From Candidatus Bathyarchaeota archaeon (GTDB lineage: Archaea > Thermoproteota > Bathyarchaeia > Bathyarchaeales > Bathycorpusculaceae): a stretch of 64,000 nt of DNA. Below the pieces are notes generated by a model. It made no database searches and was not told where the DNA came from. It saw only the letters and a program-made list of their open reading frames with translations. A program made the position numbers and the translations under genes. The stretch spans positions 480,001 through 544,000 of the forward strand of contig CAWAKC010000001.1 of NCBI GenBank assembly GCA_963782525.1. The letters are read 5' to 3'. Below, piece after piece: positions 18,951 through 28,768 of this stretch (the stretch's first letter is position 1; each line of letters starts with the position of its first letter).

Positions 18951-20006
18951 CTAGAATAGTGCGTAGGGGAAGCCTTGGTTGTTCTGGTGGAGTTTGCCTT
19001 TTATTGGGATTTGCTGTCCGCAAACGGGGCATTTCATGTCGCTTGTTAGGTTCCAATTGGTGATGTCGAAGCTGTTACGTTTGATGACGGCTGTGTCGCA
19101 GTTGGGGCAGTATGTGTTTTCGCCTGGGTGACCTGGAACATTGCCCATGTAAACATAATTTAAGCCTTGATTTTTAGCTGTGAGATAGGCGCGTTCCATC
19201 TCCTGAACACTTGTCGCTGGAGTAGTCGTTAATTTGTATTCAGGATGGAAACGCAAAAGATGAAAAGGTGTGTCTGCCCCCAAATAGTTTTTTATCCACT
19301 TTGCCATTTCCCGGATTCTATCCATCGAATCCCCTATCTTTGGAACCACCAAATTGGTAATTTCAACGTGTACTCCTTGCAGCTTGAGTTCTTTTAGGGT
19401 TTCGTAGATTGGTTCAACGTTTGGCACTGACATGACGGATTTATAGAATTCGGGGTCTCCGCCGCCCTTGAAATCAACGGTTGCTGCATCAAGGTAGGGC
19501 GCGATGGTTTTTACGGCTTCAGGCGTCATGTAACCATTAGTTACGAACGTGTTGAATAAGCCTGCTTCATGCGCCAACTTCGCGCTGTCGTAAGCGTATT
19601 CCATGAATATGGTGGGTTCAGTGTAGGTGTAGCTGATTCCTTGGCAACCAGCGTTCTTGGCGGATTTGACTACTTCTTCGGGTGGAAAGAGGTTGCCTGC
19701 GACTTCGTGGTCTTGACTTATCATCCAGTTGTCGCAGAATTGGCAGCGGAAATTGCAGCCAGCCGCAGCAACTGACAACACCAGTGCGCCCGGGTTGAAG
19801 TGGCTTAGGGGTTTTTTGCTGATAGGATCTACGCCTACAGAAACGGCTTTGCCATAGTTGAGGGTGTAGAGGGTGCCTCCTCGGTTTTTTCGAACTAAAC
19901 AGAAGCCAGTTGTGTCGTCACTAATCAGGCAGCGCCTTGCACATAGTGCACATTTTACTTTGCCTTCAGGCTGCCTCTCATACAACATCGCTTCATGTAA
20001 AGACAT
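18951..20006 (-). CDS. amrS: AmmeMemoRadiSam system radical SAM enzyme
   Basis: N-terminal CxxCxRxC, DPISKKPLSHF, CNFRCQFC, YTYTEP, VYMGNV, C-terminal zinc ribbons. Confidence 0.88.
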   Translation of the reverse strand: MSLHEAMLYERQPEGKVKCALCARRCLISDDTTGFCLVRKNRGGTLYTLNYGKAVSVGVDPISKKPLSHFNPGALVLSVAAAGCNFRCQFCDNWMISQDHEVAGNLFPPEEVVKSAKNAGCQGISYTYTEPTIFMEYAYDSAKLAHEAGLFNTFVTNGYMTPEAVKTIAPYLDAATVDFKGGGDPEFYKSVMSVPNVEPIYETLKELKLQGVHVEITNLVVPKIGDSMDRIREMAKWIKNYLGADTPFHLLRFHPEYKLTTTPATSVQEMERAYLTAKNQGLNYVYMGNVPGHPGENTYCPNCDTAVIKRNSFDITNWNLTSDMKCPVCGQQIPIKGKLHQNNQGFPYALF

Positions 20007-20136
20007 AACAAATCCACAAAAGACTAGAGATAGTTTTTGTTTAAAAGTGTTGACCTCTTCACTGCTCTAACGACGTTTTTGGAAGTCAAATAGGTTTTAA
20101 ATAAAGGGCTTAAAGAAATAGATTAGGTGGATAAAA

Positions 20137-20278
20137 ATGGTCAAATACGCCAATATCGCGGTTCCCAGTTGAAGTAAAGAAATATTTGTAGTTAATGAAG
20201 GGTAGCAGAGCATGGGGCGAGTTTTTATCAGAATGCAATGAGCACCAACAACTTGACAAGAAAATTAAACTCACCTAA
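20137..20278 (+). pseudogene. Degenerate VapB-like (RHH) antitoxin
   Basis: AGGTG RBS; MVKYANIAVP / frameshift / VEVKKYL*LMKGSRAWGEFL resembles the archaeal antitoxin pattern 'ISVxxEVKxxLxxxKGxxxWxEFL'. Confidence 0.5.
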
Positions 20279-20332
20279 CTACAAAATTAAGAAATTTAGG
20301 AAAATTTTTCATTTAAAACGAAAAATGGTTTC

Positions 20333-20668
20333 CTACAGTAACTTGTTAAAAAAGCAACTGTATTCGCCGGTGTGGCATGCAGGACCCGTCTGTTCAACAA
20401 TGTAGAGTATTGAGTCGTAGTCGCAGTCAGTTGCGACAGAAATGACTTTTTGGGTGTGTCCCGAAGTTTCACCTTTAACCCAGAGTTCATTTCGGCTGCG
20501 GCTCCAATAGGTGGCTTTACGGGTTTTGAGGGTAAGCTCAACTGCTTCTTTGTTGGCGTAAGCTTGCATCAGGATTTCCTTTGTTTTTGCATCCTGCACA
20601 ATGACTGGAATGAGCCCATTACCTTTTTTGAAATCTAATTTTTCTAGCAATTCTTGTTGTTTAGTCAT
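20333..20668 (-). CDS. hisI: Phosphoribosyl-AMP cyclohydrolase
   Basis: [27 protein letters not shown]. Confidence 0.95.
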   Translation of the reverse strand: MTKQQELLEKLDFKKGNGLIPVIVQDAKTKEILMQAYANKEAVELTLKTRKATYWSRSRNELWVKGETSGHTQKVISVATDCDYDSILYIVEQTGPACHTGEYSCFFNKLL

Positions 20669-21468
20669 GTTCGTATTGTCACCCCCATTTTACGAAGGTA
20701 ATCCTTCACAACTGGAACAGGGTAATTGTTATAGTGAAAAATCGATGCAGCCAACGCCGCGTCTGCCTTGCCTTCGGTTAAGACCTCTAAAAGGTGTTTG
20801 GGTACTCCTGCTCCACCGCTTGCAATGATGGGCACGTTGACGCGTTCAGATATGGCTCGGGTTAATTCGATGTCGTACCCGTCTTTTGTGCCGTCTTTAT
20901 CCATCGAGGTTACGAGGAATTCGCCTGCACCAAGCTTCTCAGCCTGCATCGCCCACGCTAAAGCATCGATACCCGTGGGTTTTCTGCCACCATAAGTGAC
21001 TACTTCAAACCAAACCTTGCCCTCGCCCGTTTCGACCATTATTTCGCCATTGGTGGGCGTTCGGTTGCGTTTAGCATCGATGGCACACACGACACATTGT
21101 CTGCCGAAAACGTCGGCTAATTCGGTTATGACTTTGGGATTTTCCACTGCTGCTGTGTTAACCGACACTTTGTCCGCGCCACTGCATAAAACTAGTCGTG
21201 CGTCCGACACGTTGCGAACGCCTCCGCCGACAGTGAAAGGTATACTGATCGCTTTAGCGACACCCTCAACGACACCACGCAAGATATCCCGCTTCTCAGA
21301 AGACGCCGTTATATCCAAGAAGACCAGTTCGTCAGCACCCTCGTCAGAGTAGCGTTTAGCCATTTCAACTGGGTCGCCTGCACATTTTGGATTCAAGAAG
21401 TTAACGCACTTAACCACTTTCCCATGGTCAACGTCTAAGCAGGGTATGATTCGTTTTGCAAGCGGCAT
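20665..21468 (-). CDS. hisF: Imidazole glycerol phosphate synthase cyclase subunit
   Basis: [38 protein letters not shown]. Confidence 0.96.
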   Translation of the reverse strand: MPLAKRIIPCLDVDHGKVVKCVNFLNPKCAGDPVEMAKRYSDEGADELVFLDITASSEKRDILRGVVEGVAKAISIPFTVGGGVRNVSDARLVLCSGADKVSVNTAAVENPKVITELADVFGRQCVVCAIDAKRNRTPTNGEIMVETGEGKVWFEVVTYGGRKPTGIDALAWAMQAEKLGAGEFLVTSMDKDGTKDGYDIELTRAISERVNVPIIASGGAGVPKHLLEVLTEGKADAALAASIFHYNNYPVPVVKDYLRKMGVTIRT

Positions 21469-21470
21469 CT

Positions 21471-22205
21471 TTAGGCTCCTATTTTTTGTATGGCTTCCTT
21501 TAACGTGAAGCGTCCTTCATAAAGGGCTTTCCCGATGACCGCGCCTTCAACGCCGATTTCTTTTAGAGCAGCTAAATCGCCGATACTTCCGATTCCTCCT
21601 GCCGCTATGATTTTGGCGTTGGGGTATAATGCGGCTTGGCTGAGCGTTTGTAAGTCTGGACCGCTGAGCATGCCATCTTGGGCTATGGATGTTATCAGGA
21701 AACGCCGAACACTTAACTCGGTGTATTTCTCGAGTGCACCATCTACAGTCATAGCAGTTTGGGTTTTCCATCCTTCAACCATAACGAGCCCCTCCTTGTT
21801 GTCCAATGCTACAATGACGGATTCTAAGCCGAATTTTTTTCGGATTTTACCAATTGCCGAAGGGTCATTAAACGCTAAGGCGCCAAGGATGACTTGGGAT
21901 ATGCCTGTTTGGAAGAGTTTTTCTGCCGCTTCGTAGCTGCGTATGCCGCCGCCGACTTGTATGGGTAAATCTACGTTTTTTGCAACTTCAACGATGACAG
22001 CATGGTTGTTGCCAAGCGCAAAAGCCGCGTCTAAATCTATGATGTGAAGTTTGGCGGCGCCTTCGTCTCGCCAGCGTTTTGCGGCTTCAAGTGGGGTGCC
22101 GAATTCGCCTTCGTAGAATTTTGCGGTTTTTGCTTCGCCGCGGGTTAAGCGGACGATTTTGCCGTTCATTAAATCGATTGCTGGAATCAACTGCATATTG
22201 GTCAC
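21471..22205 (-). CDS. hisA: ProFAR isomerase
   Basis: IPAIDL, HIIDLD, QVGGGIR, DGMLSGP, GKALY. Confidence 0.95.
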   Translation of the reverse strand: MTNMQLIPAIDLMNGKIVRLTRGEAKTAKFYEGEFGTPLEAAKRWRDEGAAKLHIIDLDAAFALGNNHAVIVEVAKNVDLPIQVGGGIRSYEAAEKLFQTGISQVILGALAFNDPSAIGKIRKKFGLESVIVALDNKEGLVMVEGWKTQTAMTVDGALEKYTELSVRRFLITSIAQDGMLSGPDLQTLSQAALYPNAKIIAAGGIGSIGDLAALKEIGVEGAVIGKALYEGRFTLKEAIQKIGA

Positions 22206-22807
22206 TTCACGACTGTTTTGACGAAGTTTTGAAGGATTTTAAGTCCGATATCGCCTGATTTTTCTGGGTGGAACTGGGTACCGTAGATGTTTTTTTGGGC
22301 GACTGCAGATGTGAAGGTTGTTCCGTATTCGGTTTTTGTGCAAACGATGGTTTTGTCTTCGGGCACGGGATAGAGCGAGTGGACAAAGTAAACGTAAGTA
22401 CCTTCTGCTACGCCGTCGAACAACTCGTTTGGCTTCACGATATTTAAGGTGTTCCAACCCATATGGGGAACCTTAACGGTTTTGGGCAACGTGACGTTTC
22501 TGCCCTTGAACAGTGCTAATCCTGTGCCTGGTCCTTCTTCGCTGGATTCAAAGAAAAGCTGCAAACCCAAGCAAATGCCAAGTAGCGGAGTACCTTCTTG
22601 GATTTTGTTTTGGAGGGTTTCTTTGACTGCGTCGAGTTTGTCGGATGCGGCGGTGAAGCTTCCGACACCCGGCAATGCGATTGCGTCGGCTTTTGCTAAG
22701 TCTTTTGCTGTGGTGCCGATTGACGAGGTTAACCCTGCTTTTTCTAACGCTGTTTTGAGGCTGAGGAGGTTGCCGACGCCGTAGTCGAATATGACTGCTT
22801 GCGGCAT
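22202..22807 (-). CDS. hisH: Imidazole glycerol phosphate synthase glutaminase subunit
   Basis: DYGVGN, LPGVG, GICLG, PHMGWN, QFHPEKS. Confidence 0.96.
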   Translation of the reverse strand: MPQAVIFDYGVGNLLSLKTALEKAGLTSSIGTTAKDLAKADAIALPGVGSFTAASDKLDAVKETLQNKIQEGTPLLGICLGLQLFFESSEEGPGTGLALFKGRNVTLPKTVKVPHMGWNTLNIVKPNELFDGVAEGTYVYFVHSLYPVPEDKTIVCTKTEYGTTFTSAVAQKNIYGTQFHPEKSGDIGLKILQNFVKTVVK

Positions 22808-23382
22808 TAGATAACTCCCTTGGAGCTGGGCACGCCTTTGCGTCTTGTATCCATGGCTATGGCTTGGCGGAGTGAAAGTGCGAGGGCTTTGGTTGCGGCT
22901 TCAGCTTTGTGGTGGTCGTTGCTGCCGTACTCAACGAACATGTGCACGTTCGCCTGTAACGATTGGGCTAAGGATTCGAAGAAGTGATTAATGTCTTCGG
23001 TGGGCATTTCTTCTACTTTTTTGCCGCGGAGTTTGAGGTCGATTTTGAAGTAAGGACGCTTGACGAGGTCAACGGCGGCGAATGCAAGAGAACAGTCCAT
23101 CGGTGCGGCGGCGTTGCCGAACCGTGTGATGCCTTCACGTGTGCCTAACGCTTTGTTTAGGGCTTCACCCAAGCCTATGGCTAGGTCTTCGACGCTGTGA
23201 TGCACTAAGTCGCCCTTGACGGAAGCGGTTATGTCGATTAAGCTGTGGGTGGCAAGGGAAGTAATCATGTGATTGAGGAACGGCACGGCTGAGCAAACCG
23301 ACACTTTTCCATCCCCGTCTAAGTTCACGGATACTTTAACTTCGGTTTCCTTGGTCTTGCGGTAGACTTCTTCGGTTCTCAT
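22807..23382 (-). CDS. hisB: Imidazoleglycerol-phosphate dehydratase
   Basis: RKTKET, HHSVED, NDHHKAEA, PSSKG. Confidence 0.96.
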   Translation of the reverse strand: MRTEEVYRKTKETEVKVSVNLDGDGKVSVCSAVPFLNHMITSLATHSLIDITASVKGDLVHHSVEDLAIGLGEALNKALGTREGITRFGNAAAPMDCSLAFAAVDLVKRPYFKIDLKLRGKKVEEMPTEDINHFFESLAQSLQANVHMFVEYGSNDHHKAEAATKALALSLRQAIAMDTRRKGVPSSKGVI

Positions 23383-24503
23383 TCATCTTCTCCTTCAATC
23401 TCTTTTAGTGCTTCGATTAGTTTTGCGTTCATTTCTGGCAAGCCAACGGTGACGCGGAAGCAGTTCTCGTACTTGAGGATTTTGCCGCATTTCTTAACCA
23501 TGATACCCTTCCAAAGCAACTTCTGGTTGACGATGTCGGTGGGCTTTTGGGTGTTCATCAGCACGAAGTTTGCTTGCGAGTCGAAGGCTTGTACTCCTTC
23601 TATTTCGTTGAGTGACTTTATCAGTTTTACCCGTTCATTCTTCACCTGCTTGACAGAATCCATCATTAAATCGACGTTGTCGAGCATTTTGGAGCCCATC
23701 CTAAGTGTAAAACCGCTAACAGGGTAGGGAAGGGGGGCTTTTTCGGTCAGAAGCTTAGCTAACTCTGGGTTTGCAACGGCGTAGCCGAGCCGAAGTGCTG
23801 CTAAACCGAACGCTTTGGAGAAAGTCCGTAGAATAATCATGTTCTCGAATTCCCTTATCCTGGGCACAAACGAGTAGTCAGCGAATTCGCCATAAGCCTC
23901 ATCCAAAATGACTATGCCGGGGAACGCGTGTGCTAAGGCTTCGATGTCTTTTGCTTTGTATTGTGTGCCGGTTGGGCTGTTGGGCGAACAGAGGTAAAGG
24001 AGTCTTGTTTTATCTGAGAACTTAGCTAACACTCCTTTAACGTCGAGCTGCAGATCTTTTTTGAGCGGTACTTGGAGGTATTCGCCTTCTTGGCGTTTAA
24101 CACAAAGCCTTGGAATACTGAAGGTTGGTGTAAACGAGACCGCCATGTCACCCTTCTCTACAAAAAGTCTGATAATGCGGTCGATTAATTCATCACTTGC
24201 GTTACCAACAACAAGGAATTCTTTTGGAACTTTCATGTAGCCCACGATTTTTTCTCGCAGTTTAATCTCCTCTTCCTCGGGGTACATTCGTAAATCGATT
24301 TCATCAGCCAACTCTTTCACAAGTTTAGCCTGTTTTACTCTAGGCATGAACAAGTTCTCGTTGAAGTCTAACTTGATTATCTGTTTTGTTGTGACGCCCA
24401 GCTGCTTCGCCACTGTTTCGGGTGTTACTCCAGCGGAGTAGCAGTCTATTGCTTGAAGTTTTTCGAGTTTCTGTTTTATCCATTTCTTGTATGATTCGCT
24501 CAT
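23379..24503 (-). CDS. hisC: Histidinol-phosphate aminotransferase
   Basis: KLDFNEN, DEAYGEF, RTFSKAFGLAALRLGY; operon context. Confidence 0.93.
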   Translation of the reverse strand: MSESYKKWIKQKLEKLQAIDCYSAGVTPETVAKQLGVTTKQIIKLDFNENLFMPRVKQAKLVKELADEIDLRMYPEEEEIKLREKIVGYMKVPKEFLVVGNASDELIDRIIRLFVEKGDMAVSFTPTFSIPRLCVKRQEGEYLQVPLKKDLQLDVKGVLAKFSDKTRLLYLCSPNSPTGTQYKAKDIEALAHAFPGIVILDEAYGEFADYSFVPRIREFENMIILRTFSKAFGLAALRLGYAVANPELAKLLTEKAPLPYPVSGFTLRMGSKMLDNVDLMMDSVKQVKNERVKLIKSLNEIEGVQAFDSQANFVLMNTQKPTDIVNQKLLWKGIMVKKCGKILKYENCFRVTVGLPEMNAKLIEALKEIEGEDE

Positions 24504-25801
24504 TTTTCTAACCTTGCCTGAATTGCTTTGTAGTGATTGGGAAGATTTTCAGTTTCCGAAATAACCTTGATGCTGTCCTTGACTCTTTCGAGGCCCACTC
24601 TTGTGCTTTCGACTATACTTACGCGTCGCATAAAGTCAAAGACTGACAAACCTGAGAACGACTGAGCGAAACCGCCTGTGGGCAAGACGTGGTTGGTTCC
24701 GCTTCCATAGTCGCTTAATGCAACAGGGCTATAGGGACCTAACAGTATGAGTCCAGCAGTGAGTTTCTCTGCAACCTCCTTGGGGCAGGCTGTCATGACT
24801 TCTAAGTGTTCCGCAGCAAACTGATTTACCAGTCCGATTGCCTCGTCAATGCTGCTGCAGATTATGATGAAACCATATTTGGCTAGTGACTCAGAGATTT
24901 TTTCGCTTCTTTCTGCAGAAGCGACGACTTTTGCCAGATTTTCCTGCACTTTCAGAGCGAGCTCCTCAGAAGTTGTAATGAGTCCAGCAACGCTATCTAC
25001 TCCATGCTCAGCCTGCGAAACCATATCAAACGCAATCAACCGTGCATCAGCCGACTCGTCCGCCAACACGAGCACTTCGCTTGGACCAGCAGGCATATCA
25101 ATCGCAACATCCGTCGAAACCAGAACTTTCGCTGCTGTCACGTACTTGCTGCCGGGACCCACGATTTTTCGGACGGGCGCAATGGTTCTTGTGCCGTAAG
25201 CTAAAGCAGCTATGGATTGGGCACCGCCTATTTTGTAGACTTCGTCGACTCCGCAAATGTCTGCGGCAACTAAAACTAATGGATTAACTTTCCCTTGGGT
25301 ATCTGAGGGCGAACACACGACAACTCGAGGGACACCTGCAACTTTGGCTGGAACAACCGTCATGACAAGTGTGCTTGGGTAAACGGCTTGTCCGCCTGGA
25401 ACGTAGCATCCGACACTTACAATCGGACGCAGAACAGTCTGCACCGATATTCCGTCACTGACGGTTTTGATGTCGGTTTGAGTAAGCAGTTGCTTTTGGA
25501 ATTTGCTGACTTTTTCTTGTACAAATTTTATTGCGGAGATTTGTTGGGGAGTGGTTTTTGTGTATGCTTCTTTGATTTCTGCAGGTTTAACTCTGAGAGC
25601 ACGCGAAGACAATTCAGCCCGGTCAAATTTTAAGGCAAACTCCACAAGCGCCGTATCGCCGTCTGCTTTTACCTGGTTTATTATCGCTTGGACGCTAGTT
25701 TGAAGCTCTTGTGTTGCTTTCTGGTCTGCCTGCTGCCTTCTAAACCAGTCGGCTGGCAGCTCTTTAGAGTTCCAGACTTTTATGTTGAATCCTGTTTGCA
25801 T
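24500..25801 (-). CDS. hisD: Histidinol dehydrogenase
   Basis: YVPGG, GGAQ, DMPAGPSE, SQAEH, AEHLE, GTNHVLPT. Confidence 0.96.
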   Translation of the reverse strand: MQTGFNIKVWNSKELPADWFRRQQADQKATQELQTSVQAIINQVKADGDTALVEFALKFDRAELSSRALRVKPAEIKEAYTKTTPQQISAIKFVQEKVSKFQKQLLTQTDIKTVSDGISVQTVLRPIVSVGCYVPGGQAVYPSTLVMTVVPAKVAGVPRVVVCSPSDTQGKVNPLVLVAADICGVDEVYKIGGAQSIAALAYGTRTIAPVRKIVGPGSKYVTAAKVLVSTDVAIDMPAGPSEVLVLADESADARLIAFDMVSQAEHGVDSVAGLITTSEELALKVQENLAKVVASAERSEKISESLAKYGFIIICSSIDEAIGLVNQFAAEHLEVMTACPKEVAEKLTAGLILLGPYSPVALSDYGSGTNHVLPTGGFAQSFSGLSVFDFMRRVSIVESTRVGLERVKDSIKVISETENLPNHYKAIQARLEK

Positions 25802-26781
25802 TGACCTTCGTTTCTCCGTGCAATCTCGTCGAGCGCTAGGACCTGTCTTGGCTCATAAACGACTAAGCCCTGAGCTAATTTGCGGATCTTAGGTAGCAAC
25901 TCGATTAAGCAGTCTTTTTCGATTACAGTGTTTACGCTAACCCATGTGTCGTCAGCCAACGGTGCGATGGTGGGGTTCTTTAATGCGGGCAATTCAGTGA
26001 GCAGTCTTTGCAGGTTTGCTTTCTTGACGTTGACGAATATGTGGATTCTCTTTGAACCGTCCACGACACCTTTGAGCAAAGCAACTATGTCGTAGATTTT
26101 TTCACGTTTCTCTGGGTCTTCAAGGCTTTTCTTGTTAGCAATCAGCACTGCTGACGATTTTAGGACAGTCTCTATGATTCGCAGGTTGTTAGCTTCTATT
26201 GTTGTGCCTGTTTCGGTTACATCCATGATGCAGTCAGAGTCTTCTGGCGGCTTAGCCTCGGTTGCACCGAAGGAAAGGAAAATTTTGGCTCGTGCGTTGT
26301 CACCTTTTCTCCACCACGGGGTAACAAGCATCGGTTCGGCATTGCCAAACCTCTTCTTGTACTGGGGTGTGCTCTTTAGGTATTCTGAGGCGATGTTGAG
26401 GTATTCAGTGCTGATTCGGAAATTTTTGCCCTGACTCCAAATCGACTCCATAAACTCGCCTACTGTACTCTTTTCAGGGACACTTTTAGGCACGGCTATT
26501 ACGAGTTTGATTTTTCCGTATTCGAGATTCTGGAGGATTTCGACGTCGGCTTTGTTTTCTTTAACCCAATCTTCCCCTGTGATGCCGAGGTCTTGGAGGC
26601 CTTCGTTGACAAAGACAGGGATTTCTTGGGGGCGAAGAACCTTCATTTCGATTTGGGGGTCGTTTATGCTGGGACGGTAAGTGCGTTCTGTTCCGCCGAT
26701 TTTGAATCCTGATTTAGAGAAGAATTCCGCTGTGGCTTTTTCTAGTGAGCCTTTTGGTATTGCAAATTTTATTTTATCCAT
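25780..26781 (-). CDS. hisG: ATP phosphoribosyltransferase (long form)
   Basis: AIPKGSL, RPQEIP, GATEAKP, DVTETGTT, C-terminal regulatory domain. Confidence 0.95.
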   Translation of the reverse strand: MDKIKFAIPKGSLEKATAEFFSKSGFKIGGTERTYRPSINDPQIEMKVLRPQEIPVFVNEGLQDLGITGEDWVKENKADVEILQNLEYGKIKLVIAVPKSVPEKSTVGEFMESIWSQGKNFRISTEYLNIASEYLKSTPQYKKRFGNAEPMLVTPWWRKGDNARAKIFLSFGATEAKPPEDSDCIMDVTETGTTIEANNLRIIETVLKSSAVLIANKKSLEDPEKREKIYDIVALLKGVVDGSKRIHIFVNVKKANLQRLLTELPALKNPTIAPLADDTWVSVNTVIEKDCLIELLPKIRKLAQGLVVYEPRQVLALDEIARRNEGQCKQDST

Positions 26782-26994
26782 AAATTTTTTTCTCCTGAAC
26801 TTTTAGAGAGGTATCTAACGGGATTTTGTCTGCACAAAACGGGTCTTTGGGGGTTGCGCCTAATTCTAAATAGCTAACTGTTGTTACGCTTTCAATGAAG
26901 GCAATCGCCTTGTATGAACGCAATCCCTCATCATATACCACTGGAAGACACCTGAACTCCTGTCTTCCTAATAAATCTGTTTCCCAATATTTAA
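26782..26994 (-). promoter_or_regulatory. his operon promoter and ~190-nt structured leader
   Basis: TTAAATA at 26994-26988; perfect 8-bp stem 26943-26950/26961-26968; AAGGC-GATT-GCCTT hairpin; 16-codon uORF 26934-26884. Confidence 0.5.
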
Positions 26995-27015
26995 CTGTCG
27001 GACACCAAATAAGCG

Positions 27016-27600
27016 TTAAACAGAAGTGGATTTGGGGTTTTTAATCTCAAAAACCATGGGCGCCACAGAATTGCGTATCTCCAACTCGATGTCGAGCAGC
27101 CCTTGCAATAGTCCCTTCCAAATCTCGCAGTCATGAATGAACGGAGATTTGAGCAACAAGAACTTGTCTTTCAAGTAAAAGTCACCGAACCCCTGAACTT
27201 TTAGCCGTTTGAAGATGGCTTCCCAATTTTCCTGCTTGCCTGCATCTACCCCAAGGGTGGATTGTATTGAAACTTTTAGGGCATCACCCATCTTTTCGCC
27301 GACTGCAGGCCATCTCTCTTTGGGGATCTGTTGAGTAAGTATGTTGAGCAATTCGACGTTGACGAAGGCGGTTCGGCTTATTCCACAGTAGTATTCGCCT
27401 GGGAAGTGCCAATCGTAAATCATCATGTTCTTGTAGATGTCGAGCATTTTTGAGATGAGCGGTTTGATGCCGGGTTCTTTGCCTTCTTTAATTAGCGACT
27501 CGATGAATTCACGTTCAGCTTTCTCGAGGATGATGGTTGTTCTTTTTGCTTCATCATTCTTCTCTGATGGCGCTTCAGAGATGTTTCGTCTATCAGGCAT
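27016..27600 (-). CDS. Putative RHH-like regulator with a C-terminal ligand-binding domain
   Basis: N-terminal KRTTIIL beta-strand plus two helices; alpha/beta C-terminal domain. Confidence 0.6.
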   Translation of the reverse strand: MPDRRNISEAPSEKNDEAKRTTIILEKAEREFIESLIKEGKEPGIKPLISKMLDIYKNMMIYDWHFPGEYYCGISRTAFVNVELLNILTQQIPKERWPAVGEKMGDALKVSIQSTLGVDAGKQENWEAIFKRLKVQGFGDFYLKDKFLLLKSPFIHDCEIWKGLLQGLLDIELEIRNSVAPMVFEIKNPKSTSV

Positions 27601-27896
27601 AGCCCCTATTCTTCTAGGAATATTTAATATGTCTTATGTATTCAGTAAGCATATTCAAACTCTGCAATTACATGCGTTTACTTTCCGGTTGTGCGAGCTG
27701 ACAAAGCAGAACCCTAAAAATATAATTTAGCCGGAAGTTTTCAGGGTTTATTTTCTTCAGTTTTGGGAAGAGTGCACCCGCCTTTTTTATTTGAACCTGC
27801 CTTTATCGAGGTAATCGTTTAGAGTTCAGTTTAAATTCTTTCCAAGGAATTACACCATGAGCCGGTGGAGAATCAACAGGGTTTTTGGTTCAACTT

Positions 27897-28307
27897 CTAA
27901 GTATTTTTCTTGGTTAACATCGGAGAAGTCTCCATGTCTTTCATGAAAACACCCCAAATTTGTCCAATTGTATCCGCAAACTTGCGATGAACTTTGTATA
28001 AAGTTTTGAAGTAAAGTTTGGTTGCCTGTTCGTATTCTGCTTGCGCCATTCTCTCTCCATGTTCAGGCAAGCATAATTTGTATGCTTCGTCTATTGCTGA
28101 GTCAAGAGTCTTCTTTGCTTCCTTTACTAACAGGTTGTCTTGGGTGTAAATGTCCCATGCTTTTTTGATTCCATCTCGATAAGCTCTTCTTGATTCTCTT
28201 ACTTTCTCTTCGTCTTTAGTCAGCGGCTTCCTTTCCCTTATCAAATGTCCCCAACTTGCGCTAACTTCGATTCTGAAGAACTGCTTTGCGTTCATGTTTA
28301 TCGCCAC
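27897..28307 (-). CDS. Hypothetical helical protein
   Basis: 136-aa ORF, charged and helical; no recognisable motif. Confidence 0.55.
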   Translation of the reverse strand: MAINMNAKQFFRIEVSASWGHLIRERKPLTKDEEKVRESRRAYRDGIKKAWDIYTQDNLLVKEAKKTLDSAIDEAYKLCLPEHGERMAQAEYEQATKLYFKTLYKVHRKFADTIGQIWGVFMKDMETSPMLTKKNT

Positions 28308-28768
28308 CCTACAATTAGAGAGCAGACGGCAACATAAACTTGTTAATGAAGGGTGGAGAAGATGGAGATGTCACCCGCATTTCCCATTTTTTTAATTTGT
28401 TCTAACCAATAATCAAGACTAAAATAATCCTAAAACGTTAACCCGCAATCGTCAATGCCATTGCAAGTAGTCAAAAGTTCGATGTCACACATCTTCGGCT
28501 GAACTTCAATTATTACTACTTCATCATCCATATCAAACCCATAAAATAATATCACCAATTTGGAGTTTTAAGAGCTCCCTCCACAAAAACAGCAATCTAA
28601 GTCACTTAAACTGCACTAATGAACAGAAAAGTTAGCCATTAAACTGTTCTTTTCAGTTTAAGTCACCATTAAATTCATGCAAGAATTCACAAACATCCAC
28701 GATTGTTTCAGGAAGAAGGAACGAAAAGATTGTTTTCTTAGTTTGATTCATAAGTGACATAAGAATCA

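Noticed and set aside
26920-26940. ATGATGA on the minus strand as the C box of a C/D sRNA
   Set aside because: No suitably spaced CTGA D' or D boxes follow.
27683-27748. Interleaved 6-bp inverted repeats resembling a pseudoknot
   Set aside because: Stems are short enough to arise by chance and there is no supporting context.
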